Of a stretch of DNA of 64,000 nt, positions 25,070 to 37,939 are shown in pieces. Origin of the DNA: Carcharhinus longimanus (Eukaryota); NCBI GenBank assembly GCA_030264375.1, contig JASCQW010000098.1:52096901-52160900 (forward strand), written 5' to 3'. Positions within the stretch are counted from its first letter, which is position 1, and each line of letters opens with the position of its first letter. A program made the position numbers and the translations under genes. The notes under the pieces are model-generated. The model ran no database searches, was not told the origin of the DNA, and saw only the letters and a list, made by a program, of their open reading frames with translations.

Positions 25070-26855
25070 TTTTCCCATCTCCTGCACATTGTTTCTATTC
25101 AAGTATTCATTTAATGACCTTTTAAATGCTTCAATCGAACCTGCCTCCTCCATACTCCCAAGCAGCGCATTCCAGACCTGGACGACTCTTTATGTAATCT
25201 ATCTTTTTCTCACATCACATTTGCTTCTTTTACAAATCAAGCTAAATCTGTGCCCTCTTATTCTTGATCCTGTTACAATTGAGAACAGTTTCTTCCTATC
25301 TACTCTGTCTCGACCTCTCAAGATCTTGAACATTTCTATCAAATCTCCTCTTAGCCTTCTTCGCTCCTAGGGGAACAATCCCAATCTCTCTGATCTATCC
25401 TCATAACTGAATTTTCTCATCCCTGGAACCATTCTTGTAAATATTTTCTGCACTCTTTCCAATGCATTCACATCCTTTTTATAGTCTGGTGTCCAGGACT
25501 GTACACAATATTCCAGCTGAGATCCAACTAGTATCTTGTATAAGTTCAGGATAACCTATTGCTCATGTACACTACATCCCTATTAATAAAGCCCAGGATA
25601 CTATGTGCTCATTAACTGCTTTCTCCACCTATCCTGCTATCTTCAAGGACCTACGTGGAGATATTCCCGTGTCCCGTCTGTTCCAGCACCCCATTAAGGA
25701 TTTTACCCCTTATTTTATATTGTGTCTCCACATTCTTCCCACCAAAATGCATATCTCACACTTCTCAGCATTGAACTTCGTTTGCCACATTTCTACTACG
25801 CCACCAACATGTATATGTTCTACACTGTCCTCTGTACAGTTTGCAATGCTTCCAAGTTTTATATCATCCTCAAACTTTGAAACTGTGCCCTGGACATCAA
25901 GATCTAGGTTTTAATATATATAGGAAAAGCAAGGATCCCAATATAACCCCTACAAAACATTGCTTCCTCCAATCCAAAATATATTCATTTATAATTACAT
26001 TCTTATCATTCAGCCAATTTTATATCCATGTTGCTACTGTCCCTTTTATTCCATGGACTATGGTTTTTCTCACAAATTTGTGTGGCACCATGTCAAGTTC
26101 CTTTTGAAAGTCCATGTACACCACATCAACAGCACTAACCTCATTGACCCTTCCTGTTACCTCCTCAAAACCTCCAGCAAGTTAGTGAAATACAATTTCC
26201 CCTTTAGACATCTATGGTGTCTCTTCCTAATTGTAATGACTTTAACTTTTAGAATATGAATGCCCTGCTTAAGGCAGTAATGGCCCAAATAGGGAGCCCT
26301 GCCTGTATGTATAAAGTGGAGTTTACATAAACTCCACGTTTATAATTCGTATGAGGAAGTACCTTTCTGAGTGTTGCTGACCATGTAAATAAACCTAAGT
26401 TTGGTGAAGAGACTCTGGTTTTGAAGCAGTTATCTGGCTAACCAATCCTCATTTTTCCATGTGACTACTAATACTATCCCAAATAATTGTTTCTTGAAGC
26501 TCGCTCACCACTGATGTTAAACTGAGAGACCTATAATTGCTGGGGCTGTCCTTACACATTGTTCATACAAAGGCATAACATTTGTAATTCTCCAATCCTC
26601 TGGCACCCCCCTGAATCTAGNNNNNNNNNNNNNNNNNNNNNNNNNNNNNNNNNNNNNNNNNNNNNNNNNNNNNNNNNNNNNNNNNNNNNNNNNNNNNNNN
26701 NNNNNNNNNNNNNNNNNNNNTCCGCTTTTAATTTAACACTTTCCTTCACCTCCTTCGTTATCCACGGCTTATTACCTCTCCTCCTACTGTCCTTTTTAAC
26801 CATCGGAATAAATTTCTGCTGAGCACCAAGAAAGATCTCCTTAAAGATCCTCCAC
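25070..26855 (-). mobile_element. CR1 LINE fragments (RT C-terminal half and 3' end), with a nested LTR-like insert and a gap
   Basis: The reverse complement encodes CR1-type RT segments (YCVQ.W, RGDLIE.FKI); ORF 26552-26857 contains W..FK..KPWITKEVK. Confidence 0.8.
26232..26444 (+). mobile_element. Candidate short solo LTR inserted in CR1
   Basis: Starts with TG and ends with CA. Internal TATAAA (26310) is followed by AATAAA (26388). It interrupts otherwise contiguous CR1 sequence. Confidence 0.5.
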
Positions 26856-27020
26856 ACAAATTTACTGAGTGAATAAGCTCTACATTAAGTAAATTCATTC
26901 AAAGTATTTAGGATGGTGTGTCTTCTTGGATCAATGATGTGGACATGCCGGTATTGGACTGGTATGGGCACAGTAAGAAGCCTCACAACATCAGGTTAAA
27001 CTCCAACAGATTTATTTAGA

Positions 27021-27058
27021 ATCATGAGCTTTCAGAGTGCTGCTCCTTCATCAGATGA
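27021..27058 (-). ncRNA. Minimal hammerhead ribozyme motif (inverted copy)
   Basis: Minus strand: TCAT-CTGATGA-A-GGAGC(agc)ACTCT-GAAA-GC-TC^ATGA. The core is intact; stem II is weakened by a G-U closing pair and a C/A mismatch. Confidence 0.6.
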
Positions 27059-27097
27059 ATCACCTGATGATGGAGCAGTGCTCCGAAAGCTCGTGAT
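27059..27097 (+). ncRNA. Minimal type I hammerhead ribozyme motif
   Basis: ATCAC-CTGATGA-T-GGAGC(agt)GCTCC-GAAA-GC-TC^GTGAT. Stem I is ATCAC/GTGAT, stem II is 5 bp, stem III is the palindrome AGCT, and the core is complete. Confidence 0.75.
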
Positions 27098-28371
27098 CCC
27101 AGATAAACCTGTTGGAGTTTAATCTGGTGTTATGAGGCTTCTTACTATTCTTGGATCAAGGTTGAGACAACAATATCGCTCTTTGACATTTCAACTGTTC
27201 TGCAATTCTTCTCCCCACTGTCTTTGTCTTTCATTTTTCCACTTGAAATCTGGCCTGTTTGAAAATCTGATGAATCAGATTAGCTTAAAGAAGTGCTTTG
27301 ATAAATGCCAATAATCAGTTCCAGGTAATGTTTCTGTCAGTTATTTCCAAGGCACTAACTGTACTTTCTAACAAAACAATTAATCAGTGGTAGAGTAAAA
27401 ACCCTATACACCTCCACTCCTACTCATCACAAACTGAATTCACAGAAGTAAGTGTATGGAATCTGATCTTACAGCTCAGTAAAGGAGGCTTATATGTCCA
27501 GATGTCACCAGTGAGATTCTTTAGTTAACAAATATTCCTATAATCATGTCCAGGCTATTGACAGGTGCTTGAAAAGCCAGGCAGCATATGCCAAGCCATG
27601 TAAATTTATAAAAGTCATATCTAAAACAGGAGACAATAATATTGTCACTTTTGACTGCTCACTCTATACTGTTGCAATTGTGGTCTTAAATGGCAAAGGT
27701 TGGATGGAAGCCAAAATTCAAAAGGAAAATAAGAGACAAAGTTCCTATTTGACTGCCAGAAATCAAGATCTCACTGATTTCTAGAAGAGAGGAGAATATT
27801 TTGTAGACTTGCTTTTTTCCTCCTCTTAGCCTGAATTTCCTGGAGAGCAATTTTCATAATGATAGCATTTAAGAGGAGGACTGGGCCAGAATTTCTCCAG
27901 CTATTTGCGAGGGGCAGATTCTCCGGCCCAGTTGCAGCTCAACACCTTCTGTGGGTTTCCTGGTGGTGTGGGGTGGCTACAATGGGAAATCCCACTATCA
28001 ATGGCAAGACCAGGACATCCCACGGCAAGCGAACAACATGTTGCTCCTTGTTGCCAAGAAACCAACTGATTTGGGACCAGAGAATTCTGGTCCAGCTCAG
28101 TGAAGTTTCCTGCAGCGAAATGAATGGAACATTGATTTACACCCAGAATGGCCCAAATTCACCTGATATTTGTGTTACTCAGATTTTTTGAGTTTGATGC
28201 TGTAGGAGCAGTTTTCTGAGTTTCAACCCTTGGGACAAATAATTCTAGCCAGGAATTTCTGGAGTAAGTTCCTTTGACTTAACAAATCAGCAAATTATAA
28301 GTAAGCTTCCTACAGTACTGTTACATAGTAATTCCATACCCAGATCTATCCCTTTGCTTTAAGTTCAAGAG

Positions 28372-28689
28372 ACTATCAGAGAATTCCTACAATGTCGATG
28401 GGGCCTATCGAGCCTGCATCAACAACAATCTGACCCAGACCCTATCCCTGTAGTCCCGTGTATTTACCCTGCTAATCCTTCTGACTCAAAGGGGCAATTT
28501 AGCATGGCCAATCAACCCAACCTAATCAACATTTTCAGCATGTGGGAGGAAACCAGAGCACCTGGACGAAACCCACACAAACACACGGAGAACACGTAAA
28601 TTCCATACAGACAGTGACCCGAGGCCGGAATTGAACCTGGGTTCCTGGTACTGTGATGCAGCAGTGCTAACCACTGCGTCACCATGCCA
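28372..28689 (-). mobile_element. HE1-like V-SINE with CR1-derived tail
   Basis: tRNA head and V-domain, then taaattgcccct..gggatagggtctggg..gcaggctcgat tail. Confidence 0.8.
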
Positions 28690-31600
28690 ATACACTAAAC
28701 AAAACCTAATAGTGATGACACTGTAACACTGAAAGATCGGATCAGGAGTGACACAATGTAACTCTTAAGTCAGCAACTGACCAAGTTGCTCTCAAATGCA
28801 GGTCAAGTGTCTTTTTACAATATTTTTTCTACCTTCTTTTTACAGGGTTGAAACTGGTGTTATATTGACAAAGCATTATTGGCTGATAAAGGTTCCCCTT
28901 AACATGAAATGTTTAACAGAATATAGAATTCTATCTTTAAACCATGGAGAAAAAGCCTGCCTGACTGTTACCTACCTTTTGTGAGCCTTTACATAGGTCT
29001 TTGATCATTGATCAAATTTTTGTGTTCTCTTCCCTTATCTCATCCTATGTTGTTCTCATGTTTAGTTCCACAACCCCCATCACTGGCCTTCAAACTAATT
29101 TCCAGGGCCTTATCTGCTGCTAATGTTTAGAGCTGTTCATCAAGCCTGTTAACAGGGTGTTATCATAAATTATCCAGTTCAATTGTCTTCATTTCTTATA
29201 TACTATAATTAACTTTCATATTCTAGTGAGAATTGTTTCTAGCATCTCTTATCAGGAGTTTGATAATCATCTGTATATCTCAAAGCCTTTTATGCCATGG
29301 TCTTGAGATGCATTTGTTTTTCAGTAATGGCCCAGTGGTCCATTCTGGCCCAGGGTCTTACTCACTGGAGAAAAAAACCTTGTTCAGTGCATCATTCAGC
29401 AGTTTGATTTCACTTTGGTAATTCCTATTGTTGGTCATAAATTTGCAACTGGTGCTGGAAACAGAAAGGTCTCATCCCAGCTGTGGCTGAAACTCTCATT
29501 GAAAAGTCACGTCTGGACTTGACAAATATTTCATTTTGCTAACCTCCCATTTTTGGCATTCTATAAATTTCAGCTCATCTAAATTTCTGCTTCCATTTCT
29601 TATCCCACACCAAATCCTGCTCAATCAACACTCTATTGTAGCCTGATGAGTACCTATAAAGACACCAGCAATGCCAAATGGTTAAAAGGGCTAGCTCTGT
29701 ACCAGGCTAAGGACTGTGGGAACAACAAAGGTGTCAGCTATGGAATAAACATGGGAATTGATTGAACAGTGGATGTCATTATGCTATTGAATAGACAGGT
29801 GATTGGACATAGTTCCTTGTGAGTTATGTTTCTGAGAATTACAACCCCCGATAGGGGCACGGCTCAGTATTCATGACCAAAATGAGAGTGCGATTGATTA
29901 CTGGCTGTCCCTGGTGACTGGAAATATAACGAGTATCAGCAGGACCTCGATGAGAAGTTGAGACACAGACATCGTCAGCAATAATCCAGGATTAACCATT
30001 GTAGAGGCAAGGCCCTGAGACCTTGAAACAAAACCCATCTGCTGGGAATCTGATCAGTTTGCCACACCATGGGTGGTATCTTTAAGTTTAATTTATGAGT
30101 TTGAATATTTCATGAAGTTTTGATACTTTTTGAATACTTGTGTTTAGAACGGAGTGGGTCAAAGGTTAATTATTTTGTGTGTAATGAAGTCAGAAATTAA
30201 ATACTTCTTGTGTGTATTGAGGTTTGATACATGATGCAATTTTTTGGTAACTTGTAAAGAACAATAAAAGGAGTTGTTTTGTACAATAATGAGAGTTTGA
30301 GTGCCTTTATCCACAGCATCAGTTGACCAGGGTTTGAGGGCAACACTATTCTTCGGTTCCAAGCACTCAGATTCAAATTTCTCATCTTTGTGTCTTTCAT
30401 TTTTTTCATAGCTTTGCTCCTTCAATTCTATAACTCCTTCAGAGCTCTGCATTCCCAGCTATTAGTGTGTCCCTCAACACTTTTGCCCTAACATCATAAT
30501 TTCTGTAGTTGAGGCCCTAACCTCAGGAATCCATTCCTTACACCTCCCTCACTAAACCCAGCATTCAACCAAAGCTTTTGGTTTTTCTCTCCCTGCTTTA
30601 ACTCAGCATCTATTTTTGTCAGATAATGCCTCTGTGAAACGCTGTTCATTCTTCATGAAAAGAAATACAAATACAAGTTGTTGCTCTGGTTATCAGTGTG
30701 TTTCCACATAAAGACTTAATAGAATAATCTAAAATGAAACACAGTCAGTCACGCATTAAACACAGGAACAAGGGAAAGGGATAAAGGTAGAAAGCGTTAA
30801 TCTGAAGATGAGATGTAATGGGTGCAATGAGTTGATTGGCCCCCTCTTGTGCTGACATTTCTAACTCCTAATGCTATATGCAATCTAGAATCTGTAGTCT
30901 CCAGGGTGCGAGGCTTGCAATGAAGGTTGGCATTTATAAATTTTAAAGCATAATTCAAGCAATTGCCACACATACAAAAGGAAGTCACCTTTTTCATTAC
31001 TTTATTGATTAATATAGCAACATACAGTGCATTAGAAATTGTCTACATTCAAAGCCCACGACAAATTGAAAACATTGATGAATAGCCACTGAATATTAAA
31101 AATAATTTGCAGTGCAGCTTAGTACATTTGATCAATAAGGTATAAAAAGGTGTGTAGTATGAAAAAACCTTCGATCATTGTGCACAAAAATCAGTTCAGA
31201 AAAGTTTATAGATCTGTATAAATGTTATTGTAAGCACTGAAATAGTTCATCTGGCTGGCACTGTGAAAAACGGCAATACATTTCACCCTTTGTTAAATCT
31301 TGCTGTATAAAACTAGAAAGTTCAGACATTTTGCACAGCACATGCTATGATCATTTTCAGAGCTACCAAGCATTAAAACAAATCATTCTAAATTTTGACA
31401 CTGATTTTTACATTCATGTTAATTTTATGTAGACTGTTTCATTCAAAAGCAATTACATATGCATGATTATGTTTTGTGGCCAAATAATGTTTTTTTTGTC
31501 TTTGCTAGCCAACAGTAACTTGCTCATTTCCTTTTGAATAGATATTTACTTAATACAGCTGCAGAAAGGTCAGCTGGCGAAATATCAAGATGTTTAATTC

Positions 31601-32505
31601 ACGTTATTATCACTTTATGTTCAAGTTAAGGCAAGTGAGTAATCACATCTGGTGGGATAAGTAATTACAGTATCACTGATCTCACTGCAAGGATTTGAGA
31701 GTGCTGATACTCAAGTCACAAGTTGATCTGTGACGGTCAAATTACAAAGTTGAATCAGTTAGTACCATCATCTTTGCTCAGTTCAGATATGCTGACTGAC
31801 ATCAGTAAATTTAACTATGATAGCATTTCTTTGCACAAGGCTATAGTAATATTCATTAGTACTCATTGCTGCAATAGAGCCAAGGTTTTGCTGAAGCATA
31901 CTGACTAGTTTCAAATAACCTCAGTTGACATATTCCATCATGTTAAGAATAATTGCAGACAGATCACAGAACAACCGCCAAACATTATGATTCATTCATG
32001 AATGCAGCTGCTCATCCAGACAGGAAGTCTTAATTGCCAGTTCCAGATACTGAGTGACCTGCTCACAGTGCATGGATGTATTAAGAACTAGAGCAGGAGG
32101 AAACCATACCGCTGAGTCTGCTCTGGCATTCAATATGACCACTATGGATTTCATCTTGGCCTCAAAGACACTTTACTGCCTGTTTTCCATAAACCATTAC
32201 TAAATAAAAATCTGTCCATCTCCTTAAATTTACTCAATGTCCCAACATCCATCACACCCTGGCAGAGTGAATTCCTCAAATTCATATCTCAGATGTAGGC
32301 CGCGATGCGTCCAGTGCGGAATGTGTTAAAGCAGAACAGGGCTGGAGAATTACAGGCGAATGGTTTAGTGCATTCTGGTGCCAAACCTCGGCACTATCTT
32401 CCCACCCACTGTTCCCCAACATAATGAGCATTTAAATGTGCAGAGTCTGTTTGAGGCTGGATTTTGACCTTTAGGTGCAGTGAGAACCCAACAAGAATCA
32501 CTACT

Positions 32506-32618
32506 GGGCCAGAATTTTACCGCTTCACCTGCCTCGATTCTGGCAGGATGGCATTCTCCGTTGGCCATGGGCAGGATCTCACAAGCCTTGGGCGGGCAAG
32601 GCAGTAAAATTCTGGCAC
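32506..32618. mobile_element. MITE; related copies at 7519-7727, 14803-14911 and 27883-28093
   Basis: TIR gggccagaattttacc / gcagtaaaattctggc, non-coding, 110-210 bp, with similar GG(G)C-ended TIRs in the other copies. Confidence 0.7.
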
Positions 32619-33624
32619 TGGTCTCCATAGATGGCACTGTCAAATGGCACCCTGGGTGCCAGGGCCCGAGGGGGGCTTGATGGTTTAAAGGAGGAAGGGC
32701 AATTGGAAGGGCCCCAATCTTTGGGGGGGAGGGGGGGAAATTAGGTAAATTCTTTTCAATAGTGGAGGGTGGGACTGTGAAGGTGGGAGGAGAAAGTCTT
32801 CAATTTCCATCTGATTTCAGGGTACCCTTTCTCTGTCTCAATTGCCAGTTCCAGATACTGAGTGACCTGCTCACTGTGCAAGGGTGTATTAAGAACTAGG
32901 AGCAGGAGGGTTTAGACCCCATCTGTCTCAAAACCAATGCATAACTCACCACTCTTACAAAATATGACTAAGTGTGGGAAAATTGCAATCTGATTCTGAC
33001 ACGGATTCTTGAGGCACAATCTTACAACCTTGCTCTGTCCAGTGTGGTGAGGTGGTAAAATTGCAAAGGGGACAAAATTGCGTTTGCGCCATTTTTGTTC
33101 TGCACGTACAAACGTAATCAGTACTGTTCTGCCAGCAGGATCGGCTTCACGCCCAAGGGCACAAAGCTGATCAACATATGCACATCATGTTTTACATGAC
33201 ATTAAACGCACTCGGCGTGGCTGTTTACGGCATCACCAACACTTACATCCTCAGCAGTTGGATTTCACACTGGCAATAATCACAGCTGGTCATCACCAGT
33301 GGAGCCCAGGTGCAATGGCCATGTCAGGAGGGATCGGAGGCCATTGAAGCCCTGGGTGGTTGGGGACATGGTAGGGCAGTGCCAGCCTAGCAATGCCCAC
33401 CAGGAGCCATAACTGTGCCAGGGCAATGACAAATGGGTGGGGCCTGTGGGGGAAAGCTCTGCATATGGAGGGGGGGTGGGGGGCGGCGGTGATTGGCAAA
33501 TGGGGAGGGTGCTGTGGATACGGTACTCATTGCGAGGGTCTAGTTGCCAGCAACATGTGTTGCCAGGGGGGAGTAACACTGTTGCCAATGATGGGGGGGG
33601 GGGGGGGGGGCGGTNNNNNNNNNN

Positions 33625-33676
<52 letters not shown>

Positions 33677-33769
33677 CCCCCCCCCCCCAAGGTTTCACTG
33701 GAAAATCAGGGCACCTACGCAAATGGTGCCTTAAGTAGTCTGCAGCTGGCTTTACTGGTGAGCGTAGGC

Positions 33770-36450
33770 TCTGCACCCCATCTCAGTTTTAAATCCGATA
33801 TCCCTTATCCTAAAATCAGGACCTCTCGTACTAGATTGGCCCACAAGAGAAAACATCTTCTGTACTTCTAGTTTGTCAATACCTTTTATCTTATATACCT
33901 CAATTAGATCTCCTCTCATTGTTTTAAATTCCAAGGAGTAGAGGCCTAAACTGCTCAATCTCTCTTCGCAAGCCAAACCTCTGATCTCTGCAATCAATCA
34001 ATCTAGTGAACCTCCTCTGAACTTACTCAAATGCCAGTACATCCCTCCTCAAGGGGACCAAAAAAACTGCATACAATACTACATATTAATAATGAATTCA
34101 AACAATGACAGATGTTAAACTTACTGGTCTATAGTTTCCTACTTTCCACCTTCTTTCCTTTTTGAATAAGGTTATTTCATAGCATTTTTCCAATCCATTG
34201 GAACCTTTCCTACACCCAAGGAATTTTGGATTATTATGAATGGATGCACTAGCTCTGTTGTCACTTCCTAAGGTGTAGTTTCACTAATGCCTTGTAAGTT
34301 ACAGCAACAGTTCCCTAATTTTATATTCTGCTCCTTTAGCAATGAATATCAAAATTCCACGTGGCTTCCTTATTAGCTGTTGTATCTACATACTAGTTTT
34401 CTATAATTCATGCATGAGGATACCCAGATCCCTCTGCAGTGAAGCACTCTTTTTCTGTCCATTTAGATAATAAGTTGCTTTTCTATTTTTCTGACTAAGA
34501 TGGATAACTTCACACTCGGTCTGCCACATTTTGGCCCCACTCACCTAACTTAGCCATAACCATTTGTAAATTTCTTATTTCCTCATTGCAACTTACTATT
34601 CCACCTATTTTTGTGCCCTGTGCAAAGTTGGCTACAGTACATTCTTTGTGTCCAAAATTAATATAGATTGTAAATAGTTGGGGCCCAAGGACCGAACCCT
34701 GCGGCACCCCACTAGTTGCATATTCACCAGAAAAAGACCCATTTATCTTGCCTTTCTGTTCATTAGAGAGTCCTGTATCAAAGCTAATAAATTACCTCTA
34801 AGCCCATGTGATCTTACCTTGTGTATTAACCTTTTGTATGGCACCTGATCAAATGCCTTCTGGAAGTCTAGATACCTACATCTACTTCTGGTAATGAATT
34901 CCACAGGCTCACCACTCTTGGGAGACCAAAATTGCACACAATACTCTAGTTGTGACTTCACCAATGCCCTGTATAATTGCAACAGCACATCCCTGCTCCT
35001 GTAAAACTCAAAACCTCTCGCAATGAAAGCCAAAAAACCATTTGCCTTCTTTACCATCTGCATGCTTACCTTCAGTGACTGGTGCACAAGAGCACTCAGG
35101 TCCCAATGCACACTCCCCTCTTCCTATTACTTCCTTAATAGTGAATTCTAACAATGACAGATGTTAAACTTACTGGCCTATAGTTTCCTACTTTCTGCTT
35201 CCTTTCCTTTTTGAATAAGGTTATTTCATAGCATTTTTCCAATCTGTTGGAACCTTTCTTGCACCCAAGGAATATTACGAATGGATGCACTAGTTCTGTT
35301 GTCACTTCCTTTAGGTCCCTACAATGTAGGCCATCAGGCCCAGGGCACTTGTTGGCCTTCAATCCCAATAGTTTGCTCAGTACGTATAACCACTGCATTA
35401 CCTCTGAGTATTGGGGTGGTATTAGTGCCCTCCATCATAAAAACTGAAGCAAAATACTGATTTAATGTCTCTGCCATTTTTATGTTTCCCACTGTTAACT
35501 CCAGTCTCATCCTACAGGGGTTGGGGGGTGGGGGGAACATTCATTTTAGCCACTCTATCTTCTATAAACTGATAGAAACTTTGTGATCTTTCATTATATT
35601 TTGTGCTAGTTTTCTTCATAAATTTACCTTTACCCTTTTAGTAGCCCTTTGTTGATCTTTAAAAAAGTGTCCCAATTCTCCACATTTGACCTTTGCAATA
35701 TAGTATGCATCAGTTTTTGTTATCTTGAACTTCCTTGCTTTTCCTCATCTTACAATCTTCCTTCCTGTCAGGAATATATTTTAGTTGGGAGGATTTGAAT
35801 ATCTCCTTAAACATCTGCCACTGGTCATCAATTGTCCTAACTTTTAGTCTTTCCACCCAGTCCACTAGGGCCAAATCGGTCCTCATGTCTATGTAATTAC
35901 CTTTGTTCAACTCCAGAGCACTAGTGTAGGAGTCATTTCTTGCCCTCAAGCTGAATTTGAAATTCTAGCATGGTAACTCTTCCCCAGAAAATCATTAATT
36001 AATTTCTATTCACACAGTACCAAATCCAGAATAGCCTGCTCCCAGGTTGCATAAATTATTGCTCCAAGGAACAATCTTTAATACATTCAATGAACTTCCC
36101 CTTCAAGGCTTACCCATACCAATTTGATAAATCCAGTCTATGTGCAAAATAAAATCATCCACCATTATTAATGTACCTTTCTTACAAGCCCCCCCAGTAA
36201 TTTCTGGTTTAAATTGTGCCCTGCTGTGGAACTACTGTTTGGGGACCTATAGGTTATTCCCATCAGGGACCTGACATTTCTTATTTCTACCCAGACTGAT
36301 TTGACATCTTGACCTTCAGCGACAATATTATTTCTCACTACAGCACAGACCTCTTCCTTTACTAACAAAGCTACACCACCACCGCTTATTCCTTCCTGTC
36401 TATTCTTCCGAAACAGAGAACCCTTGGATATTCAATTCATAATGAGTTTA
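33770..36450 (-). mobile_element. CR1-clade LINE, long decayed and rearranged fragment (APE and RT)
   Basis: Frameshifted motifs SVWVEIRN, YRSPNS, KCPGPDGLH, GNYRPVSLTSV, YLDFQKAFDQVP, PQGSVLGPQLF, LEYCVQFWSP and RGDLIEVYKI. Confidence 0.92.
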
Positions 36451-37569
36451 CTGGTATCCACATCTCAAGATAACCACTGTGCCACCCCCAAATCATACCT
36501 TTTTGTCTCTATTTGCACTGTTTACTCAATTTTATTCTGAATACTCAGTACATATAGATACAAAGCCTTTAGATTTTGCCCTATTATATTTCTCTACTCG
36601 TGTAATTCCTTGTTGCAATATGGCATTTACATGCTCTTTCCATTCCTTTTATTTTCTGGTAACAGTGTCATCAGTAACCTGCATGCCTACCACGTCCTTT
36701 AATTTTCCATACAACTTAACCTTCCCTGCCCCTGCAACAGATCATTATTTAACCATGCATGAACAGAGTCCCTCTATCAGCAGTTAAAATGTTAACTAGT
36801 CTCAACAGTAGGACCCATTCTTCAAACAAAAATGCAGAAGACTAATTCCAGGTATTTTGAAAAAAGTCATATATGCAAAGAAATTTTAAACTTGGTTAGA
36901 TATTGAGCTGAAGTCACACTCTTTACATAAAATTGAAGAAACAAGGGATCTCCTGTTCTCAATCTGCTCCCTCCTGGATTCAGGCTGGTCTAGGCCTGGG
37001 ATTTCCACTACAGTTTTGAAATTGGTAAGACTGTTACACCACCAATGAAGTTTGTGTTTTAGTTAGCCCCTTTTTTAACAGAAAAGGAGGATAAAGGAAT
37101 GTAAGTGAACCCAAACTTTTTGATCAGTGGCCTATTATCATTGTGACCCAAACATTCAAATGATGACTGAGGTCTCAGGATTTAATGCCAGTATGGGATG
37201 GATAGCTAATTTTAGATTGAAAGAGTATAAAATACAAGAGATGCTAAATTTCATAGATGTGTTTTGTCCCTAAAGGGTGAGTTTCCAAGAAAACTAATCA
37301 CTGCTTAATGACTATTTCATTGAAACCAGTTGTTCAATCTTTCAGTTTGTTATACTGATGTCCATGGATGAACCTTGGTACTAATTTCAGGCAAGCTTAA
37401 ACTTGAAACATCATGTACTCTAAATCATAAACTTCACACAGCAAGTAGATACCGAGGTGTAACATTTTCTATGATCACGAGTGAACAATATGAAGGCGCA
37501 AGTTCAACTTTGCGAAGGATACATTTTAAAGTCATGTCTTCTTGCAAATATTGATCAGAAATTAGTTTT

Positions 37570-37939
37570 GTTTATTAGTGTCACAAGTAGGCTTACATAA
37601 ACACTACAATGAAATTACTGTGAAAATTCCCTTGTCGCCACACTCCGGCACCTGTTTGGGTACACTGAAGGAGAGTTTAGCATGACCAATGCACCTAACC
37701 GTTATGTCTTTTGGACTGTGGGAGGAAACCCACACAGATACGGGAATGTGCAAACTCTGCACAGTGACCCAAGCCAGGAATTGANNNNNNNNNNNNNNNN
37801 NNNNNNNNNNNNNNNNNNNNNNNNNNNNNNNNNNNNNNNNNNNNNNNNNNNNNNNNNNNNNNNNNNNNNNNNNNNNNNNNNNNNAATTGAACCCAGGTCC
37901 CTGTCTCTGTGAGGCAGGATTGCTAACCACTGTGCCACC
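37570..37939 (-). mobile_element. tRNA-derived V-SINE-like element spanning a gap
   Basis: Same family as 6320-6581. Confidence 0.8.

Larger units (their letters stand above)
26935..27147. mobile_element. Penelope-like terminal-repeat insertion forming an inverted repeat
   Basis: Arms 26972-27058 and 27061-27146 are near reverse complements. Flanked by a 12-bp direct repeat, TTCTTGGATCAA, at 26923-26934 and 27148-27159. Confidence 0.8.

Noticed and set aside
29643-29680. CTGATGA as another hammerhead core
   Set aside because: No stem II or GAAA follows it.
33280-33871. Poly-Gly and poly-Pro ORFs
   Set aside because: They derive from G and C homopolymers flanking a 10-N gap, probably a sequencing or assembly artefact.
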